A stretch of DNA of 32,000 nucleotides from Wolbachia endosymbiont strain TRS of Brugia malayi (GTDB taxonomy: Bacteria > Pseudomonadota > Alphaproteobacteria > Rickettsiales > Anaplasmataceae), in NCBI RefSeq assembly GCF_000008385.1, contig NC_006833.1, positions 420,001 to 452,000 of the forward strand. The letters run 5' to 3'. Both the position numbers and the translations under genes were made by a program. Positions 22,027 to 31,394 of the stretch are shown here, piece after piece. Under the pieces are notes generated by a model that was not told where the DNA came from, did no database searches, and was given only the letters and a program-made list of their open reading frames with translations. The first letter of the stretch is position 1. Every line of letters starts with the position of its first letter.

Positions 22027-23325
22027 TTATTCACTGTGCAGGTATTGTATGGTGCTGTCCACTTGGTCATCATGACGGATTCCTGGAAACATTAAAATCT
22101 CATACTCAAAATCTTCTAGCCATACTGCTTGATGCAGTAGAAAAACCTTGCCAGACTCTATAGTAGGAACTAATTTAATGAAATCAAGTGAGCTTATCAT
22201 TATGTGGCATTATTTCGACAATGGCTAAATCACTGCTTACCTTCAGATCTTGTACTAATTGTTGACCACTTGTTTCTGCTTCAATCAAAATTGCATGTGG
22301 CATCCATCTTTCTGCTAAGGACAAAACTAAGTTTTGGATATTCAAATTTTGCACGTTATACATCAAGTAAATAGAATTTTTTACCTACTTTTGCCCAGGT
22401 AGTGCGGACGCTAAAGTTGCTAGCGTCGCCTATTAAAACTGCAGTATTCTAGCTTTAAGCTATAGGCAAAGAGATCATCAAGAAAACTTCTATAGCGCTT
22501 CCAGCCCACTCTTGTTTAATTATATCACTTAAAAGCGACAGAGGGTTTTTGTTGATATTGTACAGCAAAAGCGTAATTCCCAAGTCAATTTTTATCGTTT
22601 CAATCTCTTCTTTTCCTCCATCTAGAAGATATAGCAACTGACCTTCTTCCCTCGAGGGTAATATTACGATGGCGTTATTTTAGCACTTGATGCTGTAATT
22701 CAGCTCTTGTAATTATTTGTAGTTACTCTGATTACAGGAATAAGAGAAGGAGACATTGGCTTTTCAATTGAATAGATAGACTCCTTATTTTTAGCTATTG
22801 TTGGCAAACAAATTTAATGCAACATATTTTTCGGTTTGGAGAGAAGGTGTCAGGCTAAATCTTCCTGATGTAGCCTATGCATCACAAGCACAATTATTCC
22901 TTTTTTCTATTGTTGAGCCTAGTTACTAAAGTCTGATCAAACCAGCTTGTGGCACGCTTTCTAAGCGTTTCGCTTAAAGCTTGAGCGGAACTCAGTTGGT
23001 CGTTGACAATAATAAAATCACCTTCTTTGCTGGTTAATGTTCCCCCAACAGACGTTGCAATTTTGTATTCTCTCCGCACTGTTTGAAATTTATACTTAGT
23101 ATTTTGTTCTATGGATAGTTCTACTTCTAGAAATAGCTTTTTATACCAATCAGACTACATTACGCACCTAGTATCGAGCGAGTGCTTTTCGCTGGGAATA
23201 GCTCACAATTATTACTCTTACGCATATGGGCTTCTTCGAGCGTGAAGGCATACTAAATATTATTCGTCTCACTGCACCAGTGCCTGCCGCTTCAAGTCTG
23301 TTCGCTATGACTTTTATATATTAGT
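22027..23325 (-). pseudogene. Phage/GTA-type terminase large subunit (TerL) pseudogene
   Basis: Ordered minus-strand fragments: VIANRLEAAGTGAVRRIIFSMPSRSKKP / IIVSYSQRKALARY / SDWYKKLFLEVELSIEQNTKYKFQTVRREYKIATSVGGTLTSKEGDFIIVNDQLSSAQALSETLRKRATSWFDQTLVTRLNNRKK / GIIVLVMHRLHQEDLA*HLLSKPKNMLH*ICLPTIAKNKE / AERWMPHAILIEAETSGQQLVQDLKVSSDLAIVEIMPHNDK / ESGKVFLLHQAVWLEDFEYEILMFPGIRHDDQVDSTIQYLHSE*. Multiple frameshifts and stops. Confidence 0.9.
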
Positions 23326-23445
23326 AATCATTATATTCACATCCCGTACTACCGTTTTGAAAGCATAACTCAATGAGTTTGAGAAAGTTTATATTTTCTA
23401 TGTTAGTGAGCGTTCTTGCTGTTTATTCCACTCCCCTCTTTTTGT

Positions 23446-23486
23446 CATTCCAGTGCTCCGACATTGGGATTCAACACACTGGAATG
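23446..23486. repeat. Inverted repeat / palindromic intergenic element
   Basis: Perfect 10-bp arms CATTCCAGTG (23446-23455) and CACTGGAATG (23477-23486) with 21-nt spacer. Confidence 0.8.
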
Positions 23487-23540
23487 GCAATTCCTCATCA
23501 TACTCCACAGTATCTTTAGATCTCGCTAAGGAACGACGGT

Positions 23541-23592
23541 AGTTACAAATATTTAAGAAATTTTTTAAATAGAAAAAAAGGCAAAAAATCAC
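23541..23592 (+). repeat. AT-rich dispersed repeat, copy A
   Basis: AGTTACAAATATTTAAGAAATTTTTTAAATAGAAAAAAAGGCAAAAAATCAC resembles the minus strand of 31794-31844. Confidence 0.45.
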
Positions 23593-23922
23593 GTGGTGCG
23601 AGTTTTAACCCTATAATAGTTTAAATTGGCGCTGTAATAATTTGTTGACGCTTAGTTTAAACGCGATTTAGCTGAATGTAGAAAAAATTTAAAAGACATA
23701 CAGCTACGATAACTTGATGTAATAAGCCAAAAAATACCTTAAGTTCTTTACTGAACTTTGTTATTGAACCTGTGCAGGTCAAAAACAAGTTACGAGTCAG
23801 AAATACCCTTAATGCCATGGCCATGAGGTTTTTGAAATTTATTAAAGTAGTTTTTTACATTTCTGTGAGCTATTTGGATAATAGAGAAGAGTGTTGAAGT
23901 GAAAGAAAGTAATACAACTTTA

Positions 23923-25107
23923 TTAAAAAATTAACTTCAATCCAGCTAAGAGTATGTAACCTGAGTTGTTATTCATTACTTTAGGTTCTTCGGTATTAAA
24001 TTTTACAATATCGAAATAGTATGAAGTGCCCATAAAAAGAGGATATTCAAGACTCAAAGCATATGAAGTTAATTTGTTTATACCCTTGCCTATAATATCC
24101 TGGCCACCACTAAAATATGTTAAGCTCAACTTGCGGGAATCAGAGCGGTAAGCAACACCTGCATTCATGTAATATGTGCTACTTACTTCAGAATCAAGCT
24201 TTTTACCAGATTTACCGCTATTACCATATGAAAAAATGCAATCAAGATTGAAAAACTTCAGTTTCAAACCAAAATTCCAGTGCAGTAATTGATTGTGACA
24301 CTGGAGATTGCTAGGATTTTTGTTGGTACAATCAGCTAAATCTCCCCTTGCAAATTCACCAGTCAAAGTAGTAGTAAAGCTTATATCATCTGATAGGCCG
24401 TTTTTATAGGAAAGGCCAGAAGCAACCAGGTTGTTGTACTGTAAGTTATTTTTTCCTGGAACATAACTGAGCCCCAATTGAAAATTATAAATCTCAGGAG
24501 AGATATAGCTTACCACTGGCTGCTTTAACTTTAGTTTAAGTCCACTGTAATTACTATAAATACTGGGCTTTACCCAGAACACCTCATCTTTATCATATCC
24601 AGCACCATCATCTTTTTTTTCATTACCAAGCAAGTTTGCATAGTTTGCCCAGTAACCATTTGCCCCTCCAGCAGCTACATAAATCTTTGAAGTGTTAATC
24701 AGCATACTTTGGCTAACCAAATTTCTTTTACCATATTCAATTGATCCAAGCCCCTGGTTTTTAATGATAAAATACCATTCCTCCATGTTTAACTTCTCTA
24801 TGTCTAACGCTTTTAGATTAGAGATATTGGAAACCTCTGCCTTTATATTAAACCCCATTTGAGTATTTGGATAAACACGTTGTAAATAAAAAAGGCGCAG
24901 GTATGAATAACTTGAAGTCTTATCTTTAGGCTTAATATTGAAAGAATCTTTGTTGAAGGTATAGCTAAATCTCAAATCCATTTTCCCGTCTAGCTCTGTA
25001 TAAAATATTTCCTTGTCCAAAATTACTCTAGCGCCAGTATTACTTTGTGAAAACAACAATGAAAACAGTATCACTAGGCAGTACCTTAATTTCATGAATA
25101 AACTCAA
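23923..25107 (-). CDS. Porin-like outer-membrane beta-barrel protein
   Basis: 394 aa with signal peptide, alternating beta-strand pattern, plug-like GLGSIEYGKRN, C-terminal SGYILLAGLKLIF ending in aromatic F. Confidence 0.75.
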   Translation of the reverse strand: MSLFMKLRYCLVILFSLLFSQSNTGARVILDKEIFYTELDGKMDLRFSYTFNKDSFNIKPKDKTSSYSYLRLFYLQRVYPNTQMGFNIKAEVSNISNLKALDIEKLNMEEWYFIIKNQGLGSIEYGKRNLVSQSMLINTSKIYVAAGGANGYWANYANLLGNEKKDDGAGYDKDEVFWVKPSIYSNYSGLKLKLKQPVVSYISPEIYNFQLGLSYVPGKNNLQYNNLVASGLSYKNGLSDDISFTTTLTGEFARGDLADCTNKNPSNLQCHNQLLHWNFGLKLKFFNLDCIFSYGNSGKSGKKLDSEVSSTYYMNAGVAYRSDSRKLSLTYFSGGQDIIGKGINKLTSYALSLEYPLFMGTSYYFDIVKFNTEEPKVMNNNSGYILLAGLKLIF

Positions 25108-25269
25108 AGTCTTTATAAAAGTCTAAGTTTAAACTCAATATAGGCAAAAGACAACTTTCCAGAAGGCGCCTCCGATTTTTACGCTAAACCTAAACCTTAG
25201 GCCAGCTTTTGAGCTACTTTTCCATAAATTACTGATATACTGGGTAATTTCCGCTTTAATAACTGCTTA

Positions 25270-25476
25270 TTAATAGCAAAATGTTATACGATCAATTATT
25301 TGAGGTGTGTTGTATGCATTATAGTTAATCAAGATAAAAAGCACTTTATTTTTATCAGCATATCTGAGTAAATCGTCACTACGGCAATTTTTGTAGAAAT
25401 GCTCTATAACAACTTTCAGTGCATCATTTATCTCATCACAGTTACTATCAAAACTGAATGATTCCCGTAGCCACAT
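25270..25476 (-). other. Small ORF, likely remnant of a degraded lineage-specific gene
   Basis: 68 aa ORF (MWLRESFSFDSNCDEINDALKVVIEHFY...) in a degraded minus-strand stretch. Confidence 0.3.
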
Positions 25477-25532
25477 TCATTTAGTGCCGCAGGGTAAAGC
25501 TTGATACAACACATAATTCTAAAGTAGAAGAC

Positions 25533-25979
25533 TCATTTATCTGGTATATCAAATAAGTCGTGGTTTTTATATTTCTTACCCATTAGATATTCATCAATTT
25601 ATGAGGCAGGCTTACGTCATGTATCAATAGCTCATAATTAATCTTGTAACTAGTGAACCGCATGGTACGAAAAACTTCACTTTTTTCTTTATATCTTCTC
25701 CTTTAGCGTCAATTAAGGAAAAAATCTATCACTTTATAGGCAATATATCAAGTAAATCGTGTCTATCTTCGTTATACTCCAAATAATCCTCCACATCATC
25801 AGCTGTTCTTGTGTTAATATTAATTAACGGCTTGTTAAGTAAATTCTCCCCTTTTCATATTTTAACAAATCCCTTACAGCTTGACTTAGCCTTAAAATTG
25901 ATAAAGTTCTTTTCTTATTATCCTGATAAACAGATATCATAGCATCATCTTTCCTTCTTGCAGTTATAAAATCTTCCAT
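25533..25979 (-). pseudogene. Degraded hypothetical gene(s), possibly a diverged duplicate pair
   Basis: MEDFITARRKDDAMISVYQDNKKRTLSILRLSQAVRDLLKYEKG frameshift ENLLNKPLININTRTADDVEDYLEYNEDRHDLLDILPIK*; downstream IDEYLMGKKYKNHDLFDIPDK* resembles its C-terminus. Confidence 0.4.
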
Positions 25980-26134
25980 ACTTTTACTCTATACAGAGTA
26001 TTTATAAGTATAATAAGATTGCATTAAAATTTATTTACCTATAATAGGCTTGATTGGATATAATAGAAGTGGACTAACGTCATATTTTGTTTTATAGCTA
26101 GCTACGCTTGATGGTGATAAAGATAAAATAACTT

Positions 26135-26150
26135 TTGTCGTTCCAGTGTG
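26135..26150 (+). repeat. Partial copy of the TTTTGTCATTCCAGTG element
   Basis: TTTTGTCGTTCCAGTG differs by one base from TTTTGTCATTCCAGTG at 23440-23455. Confidence 0.4.
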
Positions 26151-26176
26151 GCGCCTGAAATCCATGAACTCTTCAG

Positions 26177-26200
26177 AAAAAAATAGGCAAATTTAGCCTA
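26177..26200 (-). terminator. Rho-independent terminator downstream of the 26265-26639 ORF
   Basis: Minus strand TAGGC-TAAATTT-GCCTA followed by TTTTTTT. Confidence 0.6.
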
Positions 26201-26264
26201 CCTCCTTACTTTATAAGTATTACTCCTTTCTTTGTGTGTCTTGTTGAGCTTGTTCAACAACAAC

Positions 26265-26639
26265 TTATCCTAAATAAGTGTTAACTTCAGCACCCTGTTT
26301 GTCTAATTTATTTGTCACCTCACTTTCATCTGCTGAGGTGTACTCACCGTCTTTGTTTTTCGCTTCTAGTGAAGCTATACCTAGTAATAAGATATTAACT
26401 TCCTGCTGGAAAAGCTGATCATCTATAGTAATACGGTAATCCTTATCTTCTAAGCTGAAGTATAAACAATATTCATCATCTATCATGCTTACTTTCTTCA
26501 TCCTTGTTTTGTTACTTTCTTTTATTTTATTATATACATCTTCTATCATTTGTATCACTACTTTACCATCATTAGTAACAACAATCTTCGGAGCTTTTAA
26601 CTCAGATATTTTATTGTTTTTGTTGATTGCATATACCAT
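26265..26639 (-). CDS. Hypothetical protein, probably an N-terminally truncated membrane-protein remnant
   Basis: 124 aa ORF; the same frame upstream encodes hydrophobic LASITTLIAIVAFIKPTLLGTIGLVSIVTLPVLIA*VILFLTIAGLMVYAIN, interrupted by a stop. Confidence 0.5.
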   Translation of the reverse strand: MVYAINKNNKISELKAPKIVVTNDGKVVIQMIEDVYNKIKESNKTRMKKVSMIDDEYCLYFSLEDKDYRITIDDQLFQQEVNILLLGIASLEAKNKDGEYTSADESEVTNKLDKQGAEVNTYLG

Positions 26640-26962
26640 TAAACCTGCGATTGTTAAAAATAGTATAACTTAAGCTATTAAAACTGGTAGAGTTACTATA
26701 GAAACCAGCCCTATAGTTCCCAGTAAAGTTGGTTTAATAAATGCAACTATTGCTATTAATGTAGTTATAGAAGCTAAGCAGCGCCTACCGTAAGAGTAGT
26801 GTTCATTTTGCAGAATTAACCATAATGGTTTTTGAGAGTTTTGAAAACCGATATAATTACCTCTTTAATGAACTATTAATATATCTAAAATTATATATAA
26901 AAAATTACCTCGGTTCGAAACTTTTAACAAAAATTTTAGCTGATGGGTAACTTTTTCATAAA

Positions 26963-27436
26963 CTATCTACCACTTGAACCAAAACCTCCTGCACTTCTTT
27001 CAGTTTCTTCAGTGCATAATCGTTCTGCATCATCCCAAATTACCCGGAACACAGGAGCAATAAGGATTTGTGCAATTCTATCTCCCCTTTTTATTTCATA
27101 TGGCTGATTACTGAGATTAATTAGGCAAACTTTAACCTCACCGCGATAATCAGAGTCTATAGTGCCAGGAGAATTTAAGACAGTGATTCCATATTTTGCA
27201 GCAAGACCAGAACGTGGGCGAATTTGTCCCTCAAAACCATTTGGTATTACAATTACAATTCCAGTTGGAATAAGTAATCTTTCAAGTGGATTTAAAACAA
27301 TAGAGTTACCCAGTGCAGCATAAAGATCCATACCAGCACTCTGCATAGTTGCATAACACGGAAGAGGCAAATCTTTCCCATGAGACAACTTTTTTATTTC
27401 TACTTTAATTTTATTTCTTTGTATCCTACCCACCAA
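26963..27436 (-). CDS. dut: dUTP diphosphatase
   Basis: [63 protein letters not shown]-like C-terminus ([10 protein letters not shown]). Confidence 0.96.
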   Translation of the reverse strand: MVGRIQRNKIKVEIKKLSHGKDLPLPCYATMQSAGMDLYAALGNSIVLNPLERLLIPTGIVIVIPNGFEGQIRPRSGLAAKYGITVLNSPGTIDSDYRGEVKVCLINLSNQPYEIKRGDRIAQILIAPVFRVIWDDAERLCTEETERSAGGFGSSGR

Positions 27437-27499
27437 AGCTCAAGTTATAGCATGTAAACTACATCTGCAAAAATGATATGCCACGGCAATCACGTTTAG

Positions 27500-28441
27500 C
27501 TATAAATCATTTACAATTGATACACTAGAATTGCTCTCAGTAAATAAATCAATCATAATATTAGGTATTCTCCCATTAACTATATGAGCAATTCCAGCAC
27601 ATTCTTCTACCATTTTAGCACATGCTGTAAGTTTTTCAACAAATCTTTCTCCCTTAATTTTACCACAATTAATCGATGCATTTAAATTTTTAACAGATAT
27701 CTTCCTACCATCAATTTTATCCATTTCTTCACATACGTCGCTAAAGATTATCATTTTAGATGCAGAAACTGCAACTGCTATTGCACCCGCAGCGCCATCG
27801 GCATCAATGTGATATGTTTCTCCATTTTTTCCATGACCGATAGGCGCAATAACTGGTATAAAATCTGATTCTTCAATGAAAAACAATATATCAGGATTGA
27901 TCTCAGTTGGTATGCCAATAAATCCCATATCTAATATCTTTTCTACATTATTCGATCCATTTTCTCTAAGTGTAGTACTTATTTTTTCGGCTTTTATTAG
28001 GTTGCCATCTTTTCCACATAACCCAATAGCTGAACCACCAGCAGAATTTATATGCTGAACAATTTTTTTATTAATTGAACCACATAACACCATTTCAATG
28101 ATTCTCATAGTATCCTTATCTGTAAGTCTGATATCATTTACAAACTTACTATTGATACCCAAGATTTTTAGTACGGAATCAATTTCATACTCTCCATCAT
28201 GGACTATAACCGGATTTATACCAAGCTGCTTCAACAAGACAACATTATGCACAAAGGTATTGAACAGTGTTTCATCCGATATTGTTATACCGCCACATTT
28301 GATAACAAAGGTTTCGCCTACAAAGTTGGGTATGCTAGACAGCGCTTCAAGTAATATTTTTGCTTTTTGCTCAAATGATACCTCACCCTTTAAAAATTCA
28401 CTGTTCTTCATTCCCTTATCTTGTAAACTTGAAAAACTCAT
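27500..28441 (-). CDS. argB: Acetylglutamate kinase-like protein (ArgB family)
   Basis: FVIKCGGITISDETLFNTFVHNVVLLKQLGINPVIVHDGEYEIDSVLKILGI ... YHIDADGAAGAIAVAVSASKMIIFSDV ... IPNIMIDLFTE align with ArgB. Alternative start ATG at 28411. Confidence 0.85.
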   Translation of the reverse strand: MSFSSLQDKGMKNSEFLKGEVSFEQKAKILLEALSSIPNFVGETFVIKCGGITISDETLFNTFVHNVVLLKQLGINPVIVHDGEYEIDSVLKILGINSKFVNDIRLTDKDTMRIIEMVLCGSINKKIVQHINSAGGSAIGLCGKDGNLIKAEKISTTLRENGSNNVEKILDMGFIGIPTEINPDILFFIEESDFIPVIAPIGHGKNGETYHIDADGAAGAIAVAVSASKMIIFSDVCEEMDKIDGRKISVKNLNASINCGKIKGERFVEKLTACAKMVEECAGIAHIVNGRIPNIMIDLFTESNSSVSIVNDL

Positions 28442-29009
28442 CTCTCACCTTGGTCATTTCATACTTAACACGGACGCTTATTTGACGAATTGACACACTT
28501 TCGTTATTAATCCATTTTCGAGTACTTTCTATAATAGCATCAAGATTCTCTCGATCTACTTTGTCTATTTTTGTTAGCACGACATCAAAGTTAATATTAT
28601 TATATGTTAACCAATAAATAAAGTCTTTGTCTATTTCTTTTAGTCTTACTTTGCTATCTATCAGTACAAACACTCTTCTCAGGTTTCTTCTATGAATCAA
28701 ATAGTATTCAACTAAGCCTAAGTACTGTATTGTTTCATCCTTGCTTGCATGAGAACAGCCATACCCTGGTAGGTCAACAAGTCTGAATTTATCATTGTAC
28801 ATAGAATAAAAATTTATTTGTCTAGTGCATCCAGGTTTAGAAGAAACTCTGGCAGCTTTTTTGCTGTTTATCAGTAAGTTAATTAAACTAGATTTTCCTA
28901 CATTCGATCTGCCAGCAAACGCAATTTCTGGTGCTGATTCATTTGGTAATGACTTTATGTCTGAAGCCCCAAACATAAAATTGCTGTTTAATGTTATCCG
29001 CCTTACCAT
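28416..29009 (-). CDS. engB: Ribosome biogenesis GTP-binding protein YihA/YsxC/EngB
   Basis: FAGRSNVGKSSLINLLINSKKAARVSSKPGCTRQINFY, LVDLPGYG, LTKIDK. Confidence 0.95.
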   Translation of the reverse strand: MVRRITLNSNFMFGASDIKSLPNESAPEIAFAGRSNVGKSSLINLLINSKKAARVSSKPGCTRQINFYSMYNDKFRLVDLPGYGCSHASKDETIQYLGLVEYYLIHRRNLRRVFVLIDSKVRLKEIDKDFIYWLTYNNINFDVVLTKIDKVDRENLDAIIESTRKWINNESVSIRQISVRVKYEMTKVRDEFFKFTR

Positions 29010-29131
29010 TATATTATATAGAAATACCTAAAGTAGTAGGTATATTATAATGTCATTACTTGATGTAAAAAATTTTTTATTTCAAGTATATATTGCTCAC
29101 TTAAACAGTTGAAATATTAGACCAGAGCTGT

Positions 29132-30211
29132 ATGGATATAGAAAACAACTTACAAGATTTAAAGAGAAAATTCAACTATATAGAAAGGAAATTAGAAAAC
29201 CCTACCAATTTAAGTCAAAAAGAATTTATCAACCTTTCAAAAGAATATTCTGAACTCAGGCCGATTATCAAGATAATCAATGAATATGACACGTTAAAAA
29301 AGGAAATTTTAGACTTAGAGGAAATAATAAAAGATGAAAATAGTGAATATGATATAAAGGAGCTGGCCAAAGAAGAATTTTTCGAAAAGCAAAAGGTATT
29401 ATTACCACAAGTAAAAGCTAAATTAAAATTGGCACTACTGCCTAAAGATGAAGATGATTCAAGAAATGCAATACTAGAAATTAGAGCAGGTACAGGAGGA
29501 GAAGAAGCAGCATTATTTGCAGCAATGTTATTCCGAATGTACCAAAAATATGCAGAAAGAAGAAATTGGAAATTTGAGCCAATAAGTATTTCCAGCACAG
29601 GTATAGGTGGTTATAAGGAAGCTTCTGCACTTATCAATGGAACAGAAGTTTTTGCAAGGCTGAAATTTGAATCAGGAGTACATAGGGTACAGCGAGTGCC
29701 AGAAACTGAATCTTCGGGAAGGTTACATACTTCTGCAGCTACTGTTGCAATATTACCTGAAGTTGAGGAGGTTGATTTTAAAATAGAAGAAAAAGATTTA
29801 CGGATAGATGTTTATAGATCCAGCGGCCCTGGAGGACAATCAGTGAATACAACTGACAGTGCAGTGAGAGTTACTCACTTACCAACAGAAATGGTTGTAA
29901 TACAGCAAGACGAAAAATCGCAGCACAAAAACAAAGCTAAAGCGCTCAAAGTATTGAGGGCAAGGCTATATGAAATTGAAAGGCAAAAAAAAGAAATAGA
30001 AAGATCAACAATGAGAAAGAGTCAAATTGGCTCTGGAGATCGTTCTGAACGTATAAGAACTTATAACTTCCCACAATCAAGAATAACAGATCACAGAATC
30101 AATCTAACTTCACATCAGCTAGAGCAGATTATAAAAGAAGGCGAGCTAGATGAATTTATTGAGGTATTAATTTCACGTAATGAAGCAGAAAGATTGGCTG
30201 GGGAAAGTTAA
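29132..30211 (+). CDS. prfA: Peptide chain release factor 1
   Basis: [65 protein letters not shown]. Confidence 0.98.
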
Positions 30212-30227
30212 TACATATACACCTACA

Positions 30228-31394
30228 TTAATGTAATGTATTTTTTAAAAGCAACAAATAGATAGTAAAAATAAGTTCTAACACTACCGCAGAAAGAACA
30301 AGGAGAGATACACTGATTGCCTGACCATTGTAAACGTAGCTTGTTAAACCGATAAAAATAGCTATGATAAAAGACCTGATAAACGAAACTGCAGAAGAAG
30401 CTGTACCTTTGATATCAGGGAAAATATTCAATGATGCATTGAAGATGACTGGCTGGCAAATTGCACAACCAACCACGAAAATAATCATAGACAGTGTTAC
30501 TAAGCAAGACAAATGGGGCATAGTTAAACTGAATATTACAAGCGATAGAGACCCTATGATAATCATGCCTGTACCAGAAATTACACATCTTATTGCCCCA
30601 AGTTTCTGCAAAATTTTGCCAGTAAATAGACTGACAAGTGAGAAACATCCAACTATTGCACCTTGATGCAGCGCGTAAATAGTGCTAGATAAACCAAAAG
30701 TTTTCATATATAAAAAAGGTCCACAAGTGATGAACGACATATAAGCAGCAGAAAAAAAGCTTGGTACCAAAGACAACGCCATAAATTTTGAACTCGATAA
30801 TAACTTTCTATAATCTTTCATCATTTTTTTCAAATTGAAAATATCGCGGTCCTTTTTTGTTTCCGGTAACGCTAAAAGCAGTAAAATCCAAGAGATCAAA
30901 CAAATTATTGCAACACTTGCATAATTGCCACGCCACCCAATAATTCCATTAATAAAACTACCTAAGACTGGTGCAATTGCCATGACAACTGTGAGAACAG
31001 AATTCATGATTCCAATAAATTTTATAGCTTTGTTTCCTTGATAACTATCTGCAATAATTGTAAATACAACTACAGATGTGCTAACACCAATACCTTGAAT
31101 AAAGCGGGAGGTTAAAAGCCAAAAAACTGACGGTGCAAAAACACAACCAATAGCGCCAATTAACAGTAAAGTATTACCTATGATCATAATTTTCCTTCTG
31201 CCATAACATTCAGATAACGGACCAAAAAATAGCCCTCCTATACAAAGGCCCAGGAAATTATAAGCAATAGTTAACTGAATTGTACCTTCCAATATATTGA
31301 AATAGCGTGCTATATCTGGAAAGCCAGGTACAGAAATATCAATTTCAATGAATTGGGCAATCAGAGATAGAATCAACAGAAAGGGTAGTAACAT
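30228..31394 (-). CDS. Bcr/CflA family multidrug efflux MFS transporter
   Basis: 388 aa with 12-TM pattern; GLCIGGLFFGPLSECYGRRKIMIIGNTLLLIGAIGCVFAPSVFWLLTSRFIQGIG. Confidence 0.9.
   Translation of the reverse strand: MLLPFLLILSLIAQFIEIDISVPGFPDIARYFNILEGTIQLTIAYNFLGLCIGGLFFGPLSECYGRRKIMIIGNTLLLIGAIGCVFAPSVFWLLTSRFIQGIGVSTSVVVFTIIADSYQGNKAIKFIGIMNSVLTVVMAIAPVLGSFINGIIGWRGNYASVAIICLISWILLLLALPETKKDRDIFNLKKMMKDYRKLLSSSKFMALSLVPSFFSAAYMSFITCGPFLYMKTFGLSSTIYALHQGAIVGCFSLVSLFTGKILQKLGAIRCVISGTGMIIIGSLSLVIFSLTMPHLSCLVTLSMIIFVVGCAICQPVIFNASLNIFPDIKGTASSAVSFIRSFIIAIFIGLTSYVYNGQAISVSLLVLSAVVLELIFTIYLLLLKNTLH

Noticed and set aside
21893-22163. Two overlapping + strand ORFs (MLYKRYNLQ..., MWEKLLILK...)
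   Set aside because: They lie antisense to the terminase C-terminus (ESGKVFLLHQAVWLEDFEYEILMFPGIRHDDQVDS) and have no own support.
15000-26000. Search for CRISPR arrays, intact IS elements or toxin-antitoxin/cif-like modules in the gene-poor regions
   Set aside because: No regularly spaced direct repeats, no transposase-like ORF and no recognisable defence, toxin or cif-type domain seen; the content is better explained by decayed phage/GTA genes.
26908-26920. GGTTCGAAAC, reminiscent of a tRNA T-loop
   Set aside because: No acceptor, D or anticodon stem could be folded around it on either strand.
29215-29598. 127-aa minus-strand ORF inside prfA
   Set aside because: Antisense to a clear RF1; Ser/Leu/Ile-rich shadow ORF.
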